Source: Chlorokybus atmophyticus
Lineage: Eukaryota; Plantae; Mesostigma and Chlorokybus algae
Direction: 5' to 3'
Length of the DNA: 64,000 nucleotides
Assembly: GCA_009103225.1 (NCBI GenBank)
Contig: RHPI01000446.1
Coordinates: forward strand, 1 to 64,000
Shown here: positions 13,461-28,400 of the stretch, piece after piece
Numbering within the stretch: position 1 is the first letter of the stretch
How the letters are laid out: each line of letters begins with the position of its first letter
The notes under the pieces: model-generated
Database searches by the model: none
Told to the model about the DNA's origin: nothing
The model's input: the letters and a program-made list of their open reading frames with translations, nothing else
Position numbers and translations under genes: made by a program

Positions 13461-16400
13461 AGCATCGCTGGAACCTGACTTCATCCGGATGGAACCGGAA
13501 TCTGAGTGGCTGTCACCAGTTTGGAGAAGAATGTCGCCGCTCAATCCCGCAGTGCCTGATGCTGAAGTAGATAAGGTAATGCTCCCGCTTCCACCGGACA
13601 CGCTTCCACCACTAAGCAGCAGGAGATCACCGCCCATTAGCGATGACATCATGCTACTTGCTTGTGTAGACGCACCAGCTGTCAGCACAACAGCTCCACC
13701 AACAGCACCATCACCAGCATTAAGGTGAAGTGCGCCACCGGTTGCGTCCAATGCTGATGTGCTGCCAGCTTGCAGCTCCGCTAGCGCACCAGTACCCACA
13801 GCTGACTGCCCAGCCTGGATGCTCACATCTCCAGCCGCACCGGTTGCTGCGTTGCCAGAGCCAATTATGGTTTCACCTGAATTGCCAGTAGACACGTCGG
13901 CAGTTCTGAGAGTGAGGACACCAAATGGGCTCAGACCTAAGTCAACACTGTTGATCAGCACATTGCCAGCAGCATCCACCTTCACTCTGGGTACTCCCAT
14001 CAGGTCAGCAAGAGCTGCATATCCAACTGACGATGGCGGCCGCACAGATGTTTGCTCAGCAGTTGCCAAGAATGCTGGTACTCCATTTGCAGAAAGCTGT
14101 GCCAGCTGATCTGCCAATGTTAATCTGGTGGATCTCAAGTCATCGGCCTCAGCTCCAACTGACAACACAATGCTTCCCGTTGCACCGCTGCCGGAACTTC
14201 CTGTATGCATTGCAATGCTACCAGAGACTCCTGAACATGACGGTCCTGTAGCAATGCTGATTGAGCCACTGTTGCTCGTGACGCTGCTTCCTGAAGTAAG
14301 CAAAGACAGGCTGCCGCTTTCAACCAGCCCAGCGCCAGTGGCAAGGGTGACAGAGCCTCCAATATCTGCAACAGACATCCCGCCATGCAGTTCAACAGAG
14401 CCACCAACACCACCCATAGCATAAGAGTCCCCACCGCGCATTGTGGTGAGGCCACCTGCACCAATGGTTGACGTCCCACCTGCCAGAATAACTGTGCCTC
14501 CTGTGCACTGCACCTGACAGCCGTGCTGTATGGCTAGGAAAAGAGCATCGTCAACAAGCACTCCATTGCCACAGACCTTGGTGCCAGTGGAAACACCATA
14601 AAATTGGCATTCGTCAGAGCAGCCTTGCTTGACAGCTTCATAGATTGCATCTGGCACTAGCAGTGAGCCGCATTGCATTGTTCCCGATCGCTCACAAGTG
14701 TCAACGCCAGATGCAAGCCCACCAGCAATAGAAACTCCACCAGCAGCACCCTGAATGCTGCTACCTCCAGTTAAAGATATAGCTCCCCCTGAGTTTCCAG
14801 ATGTTGTTGTGTTTCCGCCGCTGACATGCACGGCGGCACTATTCACGCCGGTACCGGCAGCTATAAACACACTGCCAGCAGAGCCACTGGTTGAGCCTCC
14901 ACTCGTTACACTGACATCTCCTGCGGACCCACTGGTTGCTTGCCCTGTGCTGATGACCAGGTCACCTGTTGATGCAGACGACCCAGTTGCTACATATGCA
15001 CTCCCGCTAACTCCGGCAGGTGCAGCACCGGTCATCACAGACAATGTACCACCAGCACCAGAGTTTGAGCTGCCAGTGGCAATCACCACAGATCCGCCCA
15101 GTGCATCCGGTGAACCACCAGCAGCAATACGGACATCACCTCCAGACAAGCTGCTATCAAGCGTGTCCCCTGCTGTAACAGTGACTCCACCACCCTTACC
15201 TGCAGAACCCTGGCCAACAGTCACACGAATTGCACCTCCGGAGCCCCCACTGGAAGAACCAGTAGCCAGCGTGAGCTCACCGCTTGCACCGGCACATGCT
15301 GAACCAGAGCGCACCATAATGTCACCGCTTACGCCATCCCGTCCACTATTCTCTGAAGCAAGCACAAGAGTACCACTGCGACTAGCATCATTGCCTTTGC
15401 CACTGACAATCCGCACTCCACCTCCTGCGCCAGATGCAGAAAAACCACCAATGACCTCAACTGTCCCTCCCATGCCGTGCTCGGCACCCGTCCCTTGACC
15501 TCCCGTGATGGAGATAGAGCCACCAGTGCCTGCCGTTGATTCTCCTCCTATTATCTCCACGTGGCCTCCAAGGCACTGCTGTGTGCAGCCGCTTTGGACT
15601 GCGGCAAACACTGCTGCATCAACTTGCTCAGTCCATCCCGTGCACGCGTAGAACGGAGCACCATACAGTGAGCAATCTTGCTCGCATCCTGACATGACAG
15701 CGTTGTACACCTCAGCCGTAACAATCAGCCCACCACAATCCCAGATTTGCAAGTCACAATGCTCCTGCCCTTTGGCTTGGCCTCCTGTAATGGAGATGGC
15801 TCCACCACGACCACCATCTGTCCCACTTCCATCACCTCCGTGCAAGTTTATGTTGCCTCCCTCATGGGGCCCATCTAATGTTTCTCCAGCAACAACTGTG
15901 ACACCCCCGCCGTTGCCAGTGCCGGTGTCACCAACCATCAGGGAGATTGCACCAGCAGAACCACTGCTGGCATTCCCTGTTCTGAACTGCAGATCACCAC
16001 TAGCGCCAAGACTGGCCGCACCGGTCTCAAGCATCACTGGTCCGCTGCTGGCGGCACTAACAGTAGATATGTTGATGTGCCCGCTCTGGCCAAAGGTGCT
16101 GTATCCACTGCGCACAACTACTGGTCCACCTGGACCAGTTGCAGAAGAGCCTGCCGACAACTGTACAGCACCTCCAGTGTGTGATGCAGAAGATGAAGTG
16201 CTTGGCAATGAGTTACCAGCTTGCATAGTGATGCCGGCACCGAACATTGTTCCAGAACCTGCGCGTAGCTCAATTCCACCAGCTGCTGCCGCTGAGTTTC
16301 CAGTTTGAAGCACCATACCACCTGAGAACCCAGTTTGTCCTTGACCAGTCTGCAGACGCATGCTACCAGACCAACTTGACTGCACCGTTGCAAGTGTCAA

Positions 16401-19400
16401 AGACCCACTACCACTCGCGTGACTTTGACCACTTGCTATCTGCACATCACCACCTGTACCCATAGACGCTTCACCACCAGATATTGTGACTGCACCACCT
16501 GCATCAGTTGCATGATTGCCCAAAGCTAGCCCTCCAGAAATAAGCACAGCGCCTCCATCACCTCCATCAACACTGTCAGTACTGCGCCCTGTGCCACCTG
16601 TTATGCGTACCAGGCCGCCTTGTTGGGCTGTACCAACAGAGTGACCGCCAGCGAGGACAACATTGCCACCAGTGGCAGCAGTGCTTTGTCCCGCATGAAT
16701 ATGCACAGCGCCTCCAGTGCCATGTGTGTTGTCACCTGCTCGCATCCAGATAGATCCTGTTTCTGTGCTTGCTGATGTGCCCGTTCTCAGCATGATGCCT
16801 CCACTTACACCACGCAAACCAGTGGCAGCTGTCTGAATGACAACAGCTCCACTGTTTGCATCGCTGCTCTCGCCTCCCTGAAGAAGCAGGTTGCCACCGG
16901 TTCCCGTCACAGATGAGCCGGCTATCAATGAGGCATCTCCACCTGCGTTACCAGATGAGGATGTGTTTCCAGCTGTCAGCAGTAAGGCACTGCCATTCTG
17001 CATTGCACTGGAGCCCACCGCCATGTGAATGCCACCGGCTGAACCAGCAGAGCCTGTGTGAAGGTGCATGCTTCCACTGGAGCCTGTGCACGTAGTGCCG
17101 GAGGACATGTCAACACTGCCGGTATCACCAACGGAGCTATCTGCTGTTTGGACGCTGATGTTACCAGAGCTTGGTCCATGCATAGAGACACCACTTGACA
17201 AAACCAAAGCTCCACCAATGCCTGAGTTGGAAAGACCTCCAGCCATGTTTAATAAACCACCATCAGCACCTCCATCAGCTTCGCCACCAAGAATAGAAAC
17301 GTCTCCACCCATTCCAGCAACAGATTTGCCACCCATAAGCTGCAGACTGCCTCCTTGGCACTGCTGAGTGCAGCCATTTTGAATTGCCTCGTACACAACA
17401 GGGTCCACTTCCAGTCCAGAGCAACTGTAAACAGACAGCCCATACATTGAATGCAAACAGTCTTGTTCACAACCGCTACGAACAGCCAAGTACACAGCGG
17501 CATCAACAATCAGGCCTTGGCAGTCCCAAGCAACACGGTTGCAGCTGTTGCCCAACGCTGCACCCGCTTGCAGAAGCATTGAACCTCCAGCACCGCCTGT
17601 CTGCTCTGATGCAGCACCGGCCTTGATGGCAACTACGCCACCAACAAGACCCCCACTTGAGGCGCCCGCCTGCAGCACAACTGCCCCTCCCATGCCAGCA
17701 GTGCTGCTCCCAGCAGCAACACTCACACTTCCAGCAACACCGTTTGCTGTGCCACCAACAGCTAAAGCGATGCTACCAGACTTGCCCATGGTTGTCGTTC
17801 CAGTGCCTACAAGAATGTCACCACTGTCGCCAGCTAGCTCTGCACCTGCTGTTGCCACAGTTACGTTGCCGCTTTGTGAAAGCGGTGCTGAACCGCCACT
17901 AATCCTCACTGAACCGCCAGATCCTGATTGTGATGAACCAGCTTGCAGCTGAAGATGTCCTCCGGTTGCATTCGTTGCCGATGCGCCCGAATTGATAGCA
18001 ACCAAAGCACCATCCCCAGCACCTGACGTGCCAGCTATAATGCTTACAGTGCCGCTCTGCCCATCTCGAGACGATCCCGTACGCAACACAACACCGCCAG
18101 CATCGTTTGCAAGGGTACTTCCAGTTGCGAGGGTTAGCAAACCAGATGATTGTCTGCCTGGACTGGATGCAATTGTGATGTCACCTGTTGCAACTGAACT
18201 GTCCCCACTCATGAGCACCACATCACCGCCGCGGCCAGCATGAGCCAATCCTCCTGCGATTGAAACTGCACCTCCTGCACTGAAGTCCGATCCAAGTGAG
18301 GACCCCCCTGAAATACTTACAGCGCCACCATTGTTGCTGTCACTGTCACTTGTACCAGCCCTGAGCTGGATGTTTCCTCCTGCGAACCCCTCAGCACTAG
18401 TGCCGCCTGCTGTGAGAAGTATGCTTCCCCCATCATACGCATCTCCAGCACCAACAGCTATACTGATGTTTCCACCAGCACCGTTGCGCGCTTGGCCAGT
18501 TGCTATTGAGATGGCACCGCTGTCACCAGCGCAAGCGGATCCCGTAGAAAGGCGAACATCACCACTGACGCCCTGGGAGCCGCTGTTCTCAGACCGGATT
18601 GCCACTGGACCACTGGTGGCCGCATCATTACCTTGGCCACTTGCAATAGCCACAGCCCCACCTGGCCCAGATGCAGAGAAGCCTGCTGTTAACTCTACAT
18701 TACCCCCCAGCCCATGGTTAACGCCCATGCCTGCGCCACCGCGAAGAACTATAGCACCACCTGTGCCTGCAGCAGACTGGCCTCCCATCAACTCAATGTT
18801 TCCACCCAAGCAGCGTTGTGTGCATCCGGCAAGCACAGCAACGTATGCATCCCTGTCCACTTGCACGGAGACGCAGTGGTAAACAGAGGCTCCATACAGT
18901 GAGCAATCGTGTTCGCAACCCTGACGGACTGCGGCATACACGTCAGCATCTACCAGCATGCCTCCACAGTCGTACATAGAAAGCTCGCAGTCTTCAAGTC
19001 CCATGCTTTCACCACCAGAAAGAATAACAGGCCCTCCGCGACCACCGCTTTCACTCAACCCCACACCGCCCACGAGATGCACAATACCACCAGCATGCGT
19101 TGCGTCCAATGTTGCACCTGCTGCAATCAGCACATCACCTCCTGCGCGACCTTTGCCAGCTTGCAACTGTATATCACCACTGGCTCCGTGTGTCGCATTG
19201 CCAGACAATAATGAAACGCCACCACTGTCAGCGATCGCCGACAACCCAGAAGACACGACAACTTCACCACTTGTAGCAGCCTCAGATGGTGCAGACTGAA
19301 TGGTTACCACACCGCTGTTGGAGGAAGCGCTTGTACCGCTCTGTACCACAACATCTCCTCCTGTTCCAGCATCAGAAGCACCAGCTGTCACTACCACCTG

Positions 19401-22400
19401 GCCGCCAGCACCTGGATGTTGCTCACTGTGACCTGCTGTGAGAATGATGCTGCCACCTGGTGCATGACTGCCGTGGCCAACAGTCAAAGTGATGTTACCA
19501 CCAGACCCATCAAGCGCAGTGCCAGTTTCAATGTTAATGTCGCCACTGTGTCCGCTTTGCGCCCTCCCGGAAAATACGTTGATAGCACCAGCAGAAGCTG
19601 CGGCTGACGAGCCCGTGCCAAGTGTGAGATTTCCAGAAACTCCAAGTGGACCTGAGTCGGCTGTATGAACCACTATTGCGCCACTATCCTTAGCTAGACT
19701 ACTGCCACTGGTAAGCGTGATGGAGCCGCCAACTCCGGTTGCAATTTCTCCGCCTTCAAGGACAACTGCACCACCAGCATCATTGCTAACATCGCTAGCG
19801 AAGCTTTTACCACCTGTGATGGTGACTGTGCCACCCTGTCCACCAACATTGCTCAACCCGCTGCCTGCCTCAACAACAACGTTCCCACCAGTTTGGAAAG
19901 AACCAACTGTGTTGCCCGCATGCAAGTTGATAGTGCCACCTGCTTCTTGGCCTGCACCAACAGCAATTGATACGCTGCCACCTGATCCCTCATGCGCAGT
20001 TCCAGTCCTCAAACTGATGTCTCCACTATCGCCTGCGCAGGACGACCCGGTAGTTACATGAACACCACCGCTCACACCCATTGAGCCACTGCTTTCAGTT
20101 CTGAGGGTAACATTTCCACTGCTGGAGCCGTCGTTGCCTTCGCCACCAGCTATAACAACAGCACCTCCCGGGCCAGATGCGGAATATCCTCCCAACACCT
20201 CCACAGTGCCACCCATCCCATGTGCATCACCAAGGCCAGCTCCACCTTTGAGGATGACATGTCCGCCAGTACCAGCTGAAGACAGACCACCTGACAGCTC
20301 CACATTGCCACCTAGACACTGCTGTGTACACCCTTGACGAACAGCATTGTATACCACTTCATCTACCATGACATTGTCATCGCATGTGTACATGGCGTCT
20401 CCGTAAAATGCGCAGTCTTTCTCACAGCCTGCCTGCACTGCTCTATGCACATCCGACGACACAACTAGGCCACCGCAATCGAAGGCTTCAAGACGGCAAG
20501 CTTCAAAGCCCGCTGCATGGCCACCAGTGAGCACGATGGCTCCTCCACGAGCACCATTGCTTTGACCTGTGCCGCCGACCAACTGTACTGTTCCACCTGC
20601 ACGCTGAGGGCCATTCGTCGCACCGGCGCCAAGCACCACATCCCCACCATCATGATGCTCAGCACACCCAACGTGCACAATGATGGACCCAGCTGACCCT
20701 GTCGCATTTCCAGTACTGATGTCAATTTGACCTGAGCTGGCTGCCGTTGACAGCCCAGTAGTCAGCGTGATGGGACCACTGCTGCCAATGGTCGAAGCAT
20801 CCGCAGTTGACAAGCTTACACTTCCAGTAGTGGCAGTGGCGCTGGTGCCGCTTCCAATGATTACATTACCACCACTGCCCGCAGCAGAGGTACCACCAGT
20901 CATAATGACCGATCCACCAAAGTGTCCAGCTGCTGTTGTGCTTCCGGCTTGCAGAACGACATCACTGCCATCCCCTGTGTCGCCAGCTCCGACAACCAAC
21001 GCGATCGGGCCTCCACGACCATGTGTGCCATCACCTGACACTATTGTGATGCTGCCGCCATCACCATCTGCTGAAAGACCGGTTTGCAGTACCATAGAGC
21101 CAGCTGTGCCAGCTGCTGATGAACCCGTTTGCAATGTAACGTGTCCACTAGAGCCCATGGTGCCTGATGGAGCCGTTTCTATGTTGACATCTCCACTGGA
21201 AGTGTGGCTGCCTCCACTAGTCAAATGCAAAGCACCACCGCTGCTGCTTGCAGCTTCTCCTCCAGATATTTGCACATCCCCTCCAGGTTGATCAACTCGA
21301 TGCTGACCCAACGACCGTCCTCCAAAGATGGACACACTGCCACCTTTCCCAAAACCGAATGGTGCGGTGTTCAAGCTGCTGCCAGCGCGTAACACAACCT
21401 CACCACCATCACCCTCGCCGGAGCTTGTGTGCCCAGCATTGATGCTGATGAAACCTCCATTACCAACAGTGCCATTGCCAACTGTCATAACCATATCGCC
21501 TGCAGCTCCATCGCGTGCAGCCCCTGTCCGCAACTCAAGACCACCACTTGTGCCTGCACACGCTGTTCCCGTAGCGATAGCTATGCTGCCACTCATGCCT
21601 TGAGACCCACTGTTTTCGGACCTGATGCTCACATGGCCACTGCGTACCGCGTTATTGCCCTCCCCGCTTGCAATCAATACAGCACCACCAGGGCCTGAGG
21701 CTGAATAACCGCCCAGCAGCTGCACATCACCGCCCATTCCATGGTCCGCACCGACACCATCACCTCCCTTCAACCAAATGGAGCCACCTAACACAAGCAT
21801 GCGCTTAGAAATAGTGCACATGCACGTTTGCACCACGGAAGCATAAGCACACACGTACGCACGGACGCGCATCATAACATGCACACCGAAAATGCACGTG
21901 CGCACACGCACACATGCATGCACGCTCGCGTACACAGTAACAACTACAGTTACCCACCTGTTCCTGCTGCAGACTCTCCGCCCAGAAGTTTGATGTCGCC
22001 TCCTAGGCATCTTTGCATGCAACCAGCACGAATGGCTGCATATGTTGTGGGATCCACAGCAATGTTGCTTGCGCACATGTAGCTGGATGTGCCATAAAAT
22101 GAACAATCCTGCTCGCAGCCAGCTCGGACAGCGGAGTATACCTCTGAGCTCACAATCAGCCCACCACAGTCATATTGTTCCAACTGACAGGTTCCATCCT
22201 TGCCATAGCTTTCTCCGCCTTGTAATACGATTGCTCCACCGCGACCTCCACGCTCATTTTCACCAGCACCACCAGCAAATGCAACACCACCACCACTAGC
22301 ACCTTCTTCCCTTGTTGCCCCGGCAACAACTGTGACATAGCCACCATCACCAACATCCCCCGTACCGATCAGCAAGGCTATGTCACCTGCAGCACCTGAT

Positions 22401-25400
22401 GTGGTGTTGCCAGTCGACACTACAACATTTCCGCTGTGACCTAATCTGGACGACCCAGTGTGCGTAGCGGAGCTTATACTCACATCGCCACTGCTGTGTT
22501 GAACGCCAACACCACTCATCAGCAACAGGCTACCACCACGTCCAGTGAGAGACTGTCCTCCTTGGAGCAGAATGGCACCCCCTGCATCATCAGCTCCAGA
22601 TGTGTGCCCTGCTTGCAAGAGTACACTCCCACCTGCTCCTGTGTCACCAGCCCCAACCGTCAGAGCAATGTCCCCTCCAGCACCCATCTGTGCAGAGCCA
22701 GTGGAAACGGTGAACGCCCCAGAATTGCCATTGCTAGAAGGACCTGTAAACATGTCAATGCCCCCACTTACACCTTGGGCACCTGATGCGGCAGTCTCAA
22801 AAATGATGCTGCCGCTGTTATGCTGTTGACTTGTACCAGAGGCGACAGCAATGTCGCCACCATTACCTCCTACAGCTACACCGCCCTGCAGCTGAATGCT
22901 GCCTGCATGATCTGTTGTTGCCGTACCCAAGGCATCTCCACCAGCGAGCACCACTTTGCCACCCGCTGGTGTACTAATTGCACCATTGTAAGATGTCCGA
23001 CCACCCGTAATGAGTACACTCCCTGCCGTATGTGCAGCATGTGAGGTTTCCCCAGCGGTGATGGATACACTGCCACCATCTCCCTGCGAGCTCATTCCAC
23101 TGGAGACCGCAATAGAGCCAGTGCCGCTTTGTGCTGCAGTTGGGGTTGCCAGAACAATGTTGCCACTCGGACCTTGGCCACTGACGCCGCTAAGCAACTG
23201 CAGGTCACCACCTGCTGCTGCATTAGCTGAGCCTGCACTCAAGTGAATGCCACCACCAATGTTGTTGCTGAACGAGTGCCCAGCCTGAACGAGCACAGAA
23301 CCTCCAGTTCCTCCAGTTACAGCATCAGCACTAACAGCATTGCCAGCTGCAAGCAAGACAGAGCCACCGATCTGAGTCACATCACCGTTGGAAGCACCAG
23401 CTGACAATGACAAATCTCCTCCTGAACCGGTTCCAGCAGCTCCTACTTTGATGTCGATAGTACCGCTGGAGCCAAGAGGAGAATTTCCAGTAGAAATAGA
23501 GAATTGGCCAGAATTGGCGTTTTGACACATACCTGTTGCTATGGAAACATCTCCACTGGCTGCATGTCCCGTACTGGTTGCTATAGATACAGGGCCACTC
23601 GACCCACTAACGCTAGCACCACTCAAGATCTGCACACCTCCACCTGCCGCAGCAGCTGCTGCACCACCAGCCAGCCGGATGTCACCACCTACGTCTGCAC
23701 TACCGGTACCTTGCGCATCTCCTCCAAGTACTTCAACGATGCCACCTGAACCTCCGTGACCAGAGCTGCTGGTGCTTGACCCTGTACCGGCTCTGAGAAA
23801 TATAGAGCCACCAGTGCTGGAGACAGCTGAGGCATGACCGGCTGCCAGATTGATGTTCCCACCATTGGATGTGCTTGATGCTCCAATTGTTAGATGCATG
23901 TTGCCCGCAGCTCCTCCAGAGCTCTGCCCGGTGACAAGAGCAATCCCACCGGAAGCACCTGTTGAGTCTCCAGTGTTTATTAAGATACTGCCGCTCGTGC
24001 CTGATGTACCCGAATTGCTGGTGCTCAGGTGAACATTGCCAGATGAAGTGGCAGTGCTGAAGCCACTGGCCAAGAGCAGGTTACCACCATGACCACTCGC
24101 AGCTAAGCCACCAACAATGACAACATCTCCTCCATAGTCAATGGAGGGATTGCCACCATCAGCAGTTCCGCCTGATATGAACACCAAGCCACCGTTACCT
24201 CCGTCAACCGCAGATGTGCTCAACCCTTCACCACCCATTATTGTCACCTTTCCACCAACACCACCAACTGCAGTAGCTGCGCCAGCAATGAAGTCCAGGT
24301 CGCTGCCAACCAGTGAACTAGACCCAAGTACAATGTTGAATTTACCAGCCTGCCCATTAGCAGCACTGCCCGTAATCACTGTGATGTCACCAGAAGGACC
24401 ACTGGCGGCCTTGCCAGTTCTCAACGTGATTGGCCCACTAGATCCTGCTGGCCCTGAATCTTCGGTTTGTATGGTCGCACTGCCGCTACTGCCTTGCACG
24501 CTTGTGCCACTGGACACAATCACATTGCCTCCTGATGCAGTTGCAGCACGACCTGCATACATTGTCAGGTTCCCTCCGGTGTTTCTGGTGTTCAAGCCCT
24601 TTGCTTCTCCTGCAATCACTGCAATCGACCCTCCAGCGCCACCATTTGAAGCATCGGAGCTGAAACCAGAGCCTGCAGCAATCAACACAGCTCCTCCAGC
24701 ACTGGCAGGACCAAGGGTATCACCAGCTGTAATCTGCACGGCGCCCCCTCGGCCTGTGTTACCTCTGCCAATAGCCAAGCTGATGTTACCAGAAAGCCCA
24801 GTGGTTGTCCCAGTGGACCCAGTGGTCATAAAAATAGTGCCAGAAGAACCAACTGCAGCGTCTGCCGTTTGAACCAGGACATCTCCACTAGAGCTTCCAG
24901 CACTTTGACCACTGATAACATGCACAACGCCTCCTGCAGCTGCCTGAGCAGAGCCTCCAAACAGGCGCAGCGCACCACCATTGTCATTGTCCGCTAAAAC
25001 AGGGTTGGATGATGTCCCACCAACCACTGTAACATTACCACCTGTTTTCAATGTGCTGATGCCCCCGGAGACAGTGACAGCACCTCCAGCGCCGCGATCC
25101 GAGGCCCCACCATATATATAAGCAGATCCACCGTCCTGCAAGGTGCTGGCATCCCGTGCTGTAGTTATACTTGTCGCAACTCGGGCGTCACCTCCACGAA
25201 CAGCAACATCACCTCCGACAACTTGTGAGGTGACGGCAGTCATCCAACCTTGGCCTCCAACAATGCTAACACGACCAGCCTTCTTCCCTGAGTCTGTTGC
25301 TGTTCCTGCATGCACAGAGATGTTCCCACCATGGCCAACTGTGCCATTGCCGACTGTCAGGCTGAGTTGACCGCCTGCTCCTCGAAGAGAACCACCTGTG

Positions 25401-28400
25401 GCAACTGTAACTGCGCCAGCATCGCCAGTGACAGCAAGACCTGAGCTGAGCAGTGCAGTTCCACTTCCACCCTGCAGGCTCGTTGAGTTGCCATCAGCGG
25501 TTTTCAAAACCAGGTTCCCTGAAGTTATGTTCGAGCTGGCACCTGTAATTATACGCACATTGCCTCCGGCATAGTTAATACCAGCTCCAGCTGATATTGC
25601 AACGTCACCACCTGCTGCACTGGATGACTTCCCGCCAGATACTACTATGCTTCCACCGGAATAACCTCTAGAGGTTCCGACATTGTCGGCGAGAGCATCA
25701 CCGCCATACAACTCCACAGCCAGTCCTCCGAATAGAGTCACATTCCGACCAGCTGCCATACTCACGCTGCCATAGGCAAGCCTGCGGTCCATGCTGGCGC
25801 CCGTTTCGCTCGGTCGAGCATAGCCAGCAGTGACGGTTACATTTGCACCATAACCAGCAGTAGATGTCCCTGTGCCAAAAAGCATGTTGCCTGCCTTGTT
25901 GCCAGCCAGTCCTGTTGAGATGACCAAATCGCCACTGATGTCTGCTGCGGAGCCAGTGGACAGAGACATACGACCACTGCTGCCAGCTGCCCCAAGAGTT
26001 GCTGCAGCTGTCGCAATATCAACTCGACCACTTGCAGCAGCAGCATTTGAGCCAGCTGCTCCGGAGGTTAACAGGATTGAGCCACCCCCATCGAGGAGTC
26101 CGGCACCACCTGACAGCACCACAGAACCACCCAGGCCATTAACTGCCCGCTGGCCAGCTCCACCAATTACCGAAACGCTGCCACCAGCACCACTAACTCC
26201 AACGCCGGCTGCCAGTGAGATTGCTCCACCGGTTGCAGCATCGCTCAGGGTTCTGCCAGCAGTAAGGGTGATGTCGCCGCCATCGGAAGCTGCATTATCA
26301 CCAACAGTCAGGCGTATCCTACCCCCAGGACAGTGGGATGCACCGGATGGACATCGCCAGTTGGTTAGAGATCCGCTGGAAGCACCTGTCTCAAGCAAAA
26401 TGGCTCCACTGCCACCAGCATTACCACTCGACGATGTGCGCACATACAGCATTCCACTGTGTGTAGCGTCACCAATGCCAGTTGTAATGTTGACGCTGCC
26501 ACCACCATCAAGACCTTTTGCTGACCTGCCACCTGTCAACTCCAGATCTCCGCCTTTTCGTCCTCCACTTCCACCAGACAAGCTCACATTGCCTCCCACA
26601 CCATTCGGATTCAGTACTAATCCTGAGGCGGAGTCAATATTCAATGCTGCCCCTGCAGTAATGGTGACGCTACCACCTCGTGCGACATTGGCAGCAGAAG
26701 CATCCGTTGCTGCACCAGCAGTTAGATGTACACCGCTGCCAGCAGATGTACTGTCTCCAACTAGCAAAGAGATAGAGCCAGCCTTTCCTCCTTGAGCATA
26801 GATGGCTTTTCCAGTCTGCAACACAAGACGACCACTAGTGCCTCCAGCTGCATCGCCGCTGGCAATGGCAACACTCCCCGTCGAAGCCGCGGCTGGTGCT
26901 GTCTGCATGACGATGCTACCACTGCCTCCCAAAGAACCAGCTTGCGCAGCACTATCTCCACTGCTGATGGTGACTGCGCCTCCTGTTGTGCCCTTTGATC
27001 GACCACCACTTATTGTTACAGACCCACCATCACCAATCCCGGTTCGTTTGGTGGGATCCGCTAAGCTGGACTCCAGTAAGCCCGAACCCTCGCCACCTGT
27101 GACAACCACACGTCCACCTACACCATACACAGTTGACAACCCTGCACCTGCACTGAATAGCAGAGCTCCACCGATGGCCGAGGTTGTGCCGCCAGCCTGA
27201 AGCGAGATTGGTGCACCAGCACCTGCACTGCTTTGCCCCACGCTCACTGTGATCGAACCTGCTTGACCACCTGATCCGCTGCCAAGCACAGCATTTGCTG
27301 TGCGAACAGTGATGCTGCCGCTTGCCGCATCTGTGCTGGTGCCTGTACTGATGCCGATTGAACCTGAGGAGCCACTGGTTGCTGGACCGCTGGCCAGCAC
27401 CACGCCCCCAGAAGACCCGGCCACGCCACCAGCAGCAGTTGTCAAAGACACACTTCCACTGTTGCCTGTCCAGCCGGCTGCACCAGAGCCTCCGCTTTGG
27501 ATGGTAACAGAACCAGCAGTTGCACCCGTCACAGCTGAGGATCCGCCCAGTAGCTCCAACAATCCACCTGTGCGCCCAGCAATAATATGCAGCTCCGAAT
27601 CGCCACGTATGGTATTCTTCACATCCCCCTGAGGTGTGTAGAAGAGATTCTGTGCACTTGCAGGAGGGTCTGAAGCTTGTTGCCCGTATCCATCAAAGAA
27701 AATACCACCAAGCTTCATGCGGCTTCGACTGTCGATGTTAATGTAGTTGGCGCTAGTCAGGAACAGCTCCTTGGCCTCCCCAGTACTGTACTTGCCAACA
27801 TCAAACCCAAAGGCAGTGTCTGTTGAAATGCCAAGACGGCTCACACACTCAGATCGACGCGTGGCTGCGTCACCTGTGGGTGTGGAACAGCCATCAAGCT
27901 CCACGTCTCGTGCAATGAGACGCGGCCTGCCTCTGCCACTGTACTGCCCTGGCAGCGACAAACTCTTGCTCAGGCCTATCTCCACAGCCAAATCGCTTCT
28001 AAGGTACAGGGACTTCGATGCAAGTGTCGTGGCAAGGCTGGGCTCATTGCCATCTGCAAGCAGTGACCCTACTCGCAAGCGGCTGGCCTCGTCAACACGC
28101 ACCTCGGAAGTGCTTCGCAGCACAAGGATGCCAGTGTGCAAACTTGTAGAACTTCCACTTCCAGTTGCTGGGGCAACGGTGAGCAATGTCGCTCTGTCTG
28201 TGCTTGTTGAGTTGATAGGGGCTCCATCCTGCAGCAGCGCAGAACCAATACGTAACCTGGCTTGGCCAAGAACGCCACCGCCATCCACATACACATCACC
28301 GGGGTCCGAGCCACGAGCAGCGGCTGTCAGTAGCAACGACCCGGACGACGCCAGCTTGCATGACCCGCCATCGCTGCTGTCATCGGCAAGGACTAAACCC

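Larger units (their letters stand above)
1..22200 (-). repeat. About 19 copies (2 partial) of a ~65-aa 7-Cys module within the giant protein
   Basis: Consensus C-x5/6-C-[GS]-G-x2-V-x3-VY-x-A-[VI]-x2-GC-x3-C-x-[FL]YG-x5/6-C-x3/5-VD-x3-[YF]-x-A-x3-GC-x3-C-x-GG, read directly from the translations. Confidence 0.9.

Noticed and set aside
21788-22106. N-terminus MFILWHIQ...CTISKRMLVL of the 3055-aa ORF as a separate gene start
   Set aside because: It is the off-frame end of exon 4 plus intron 4; splicing gives a junction that matches paralogous repeats.
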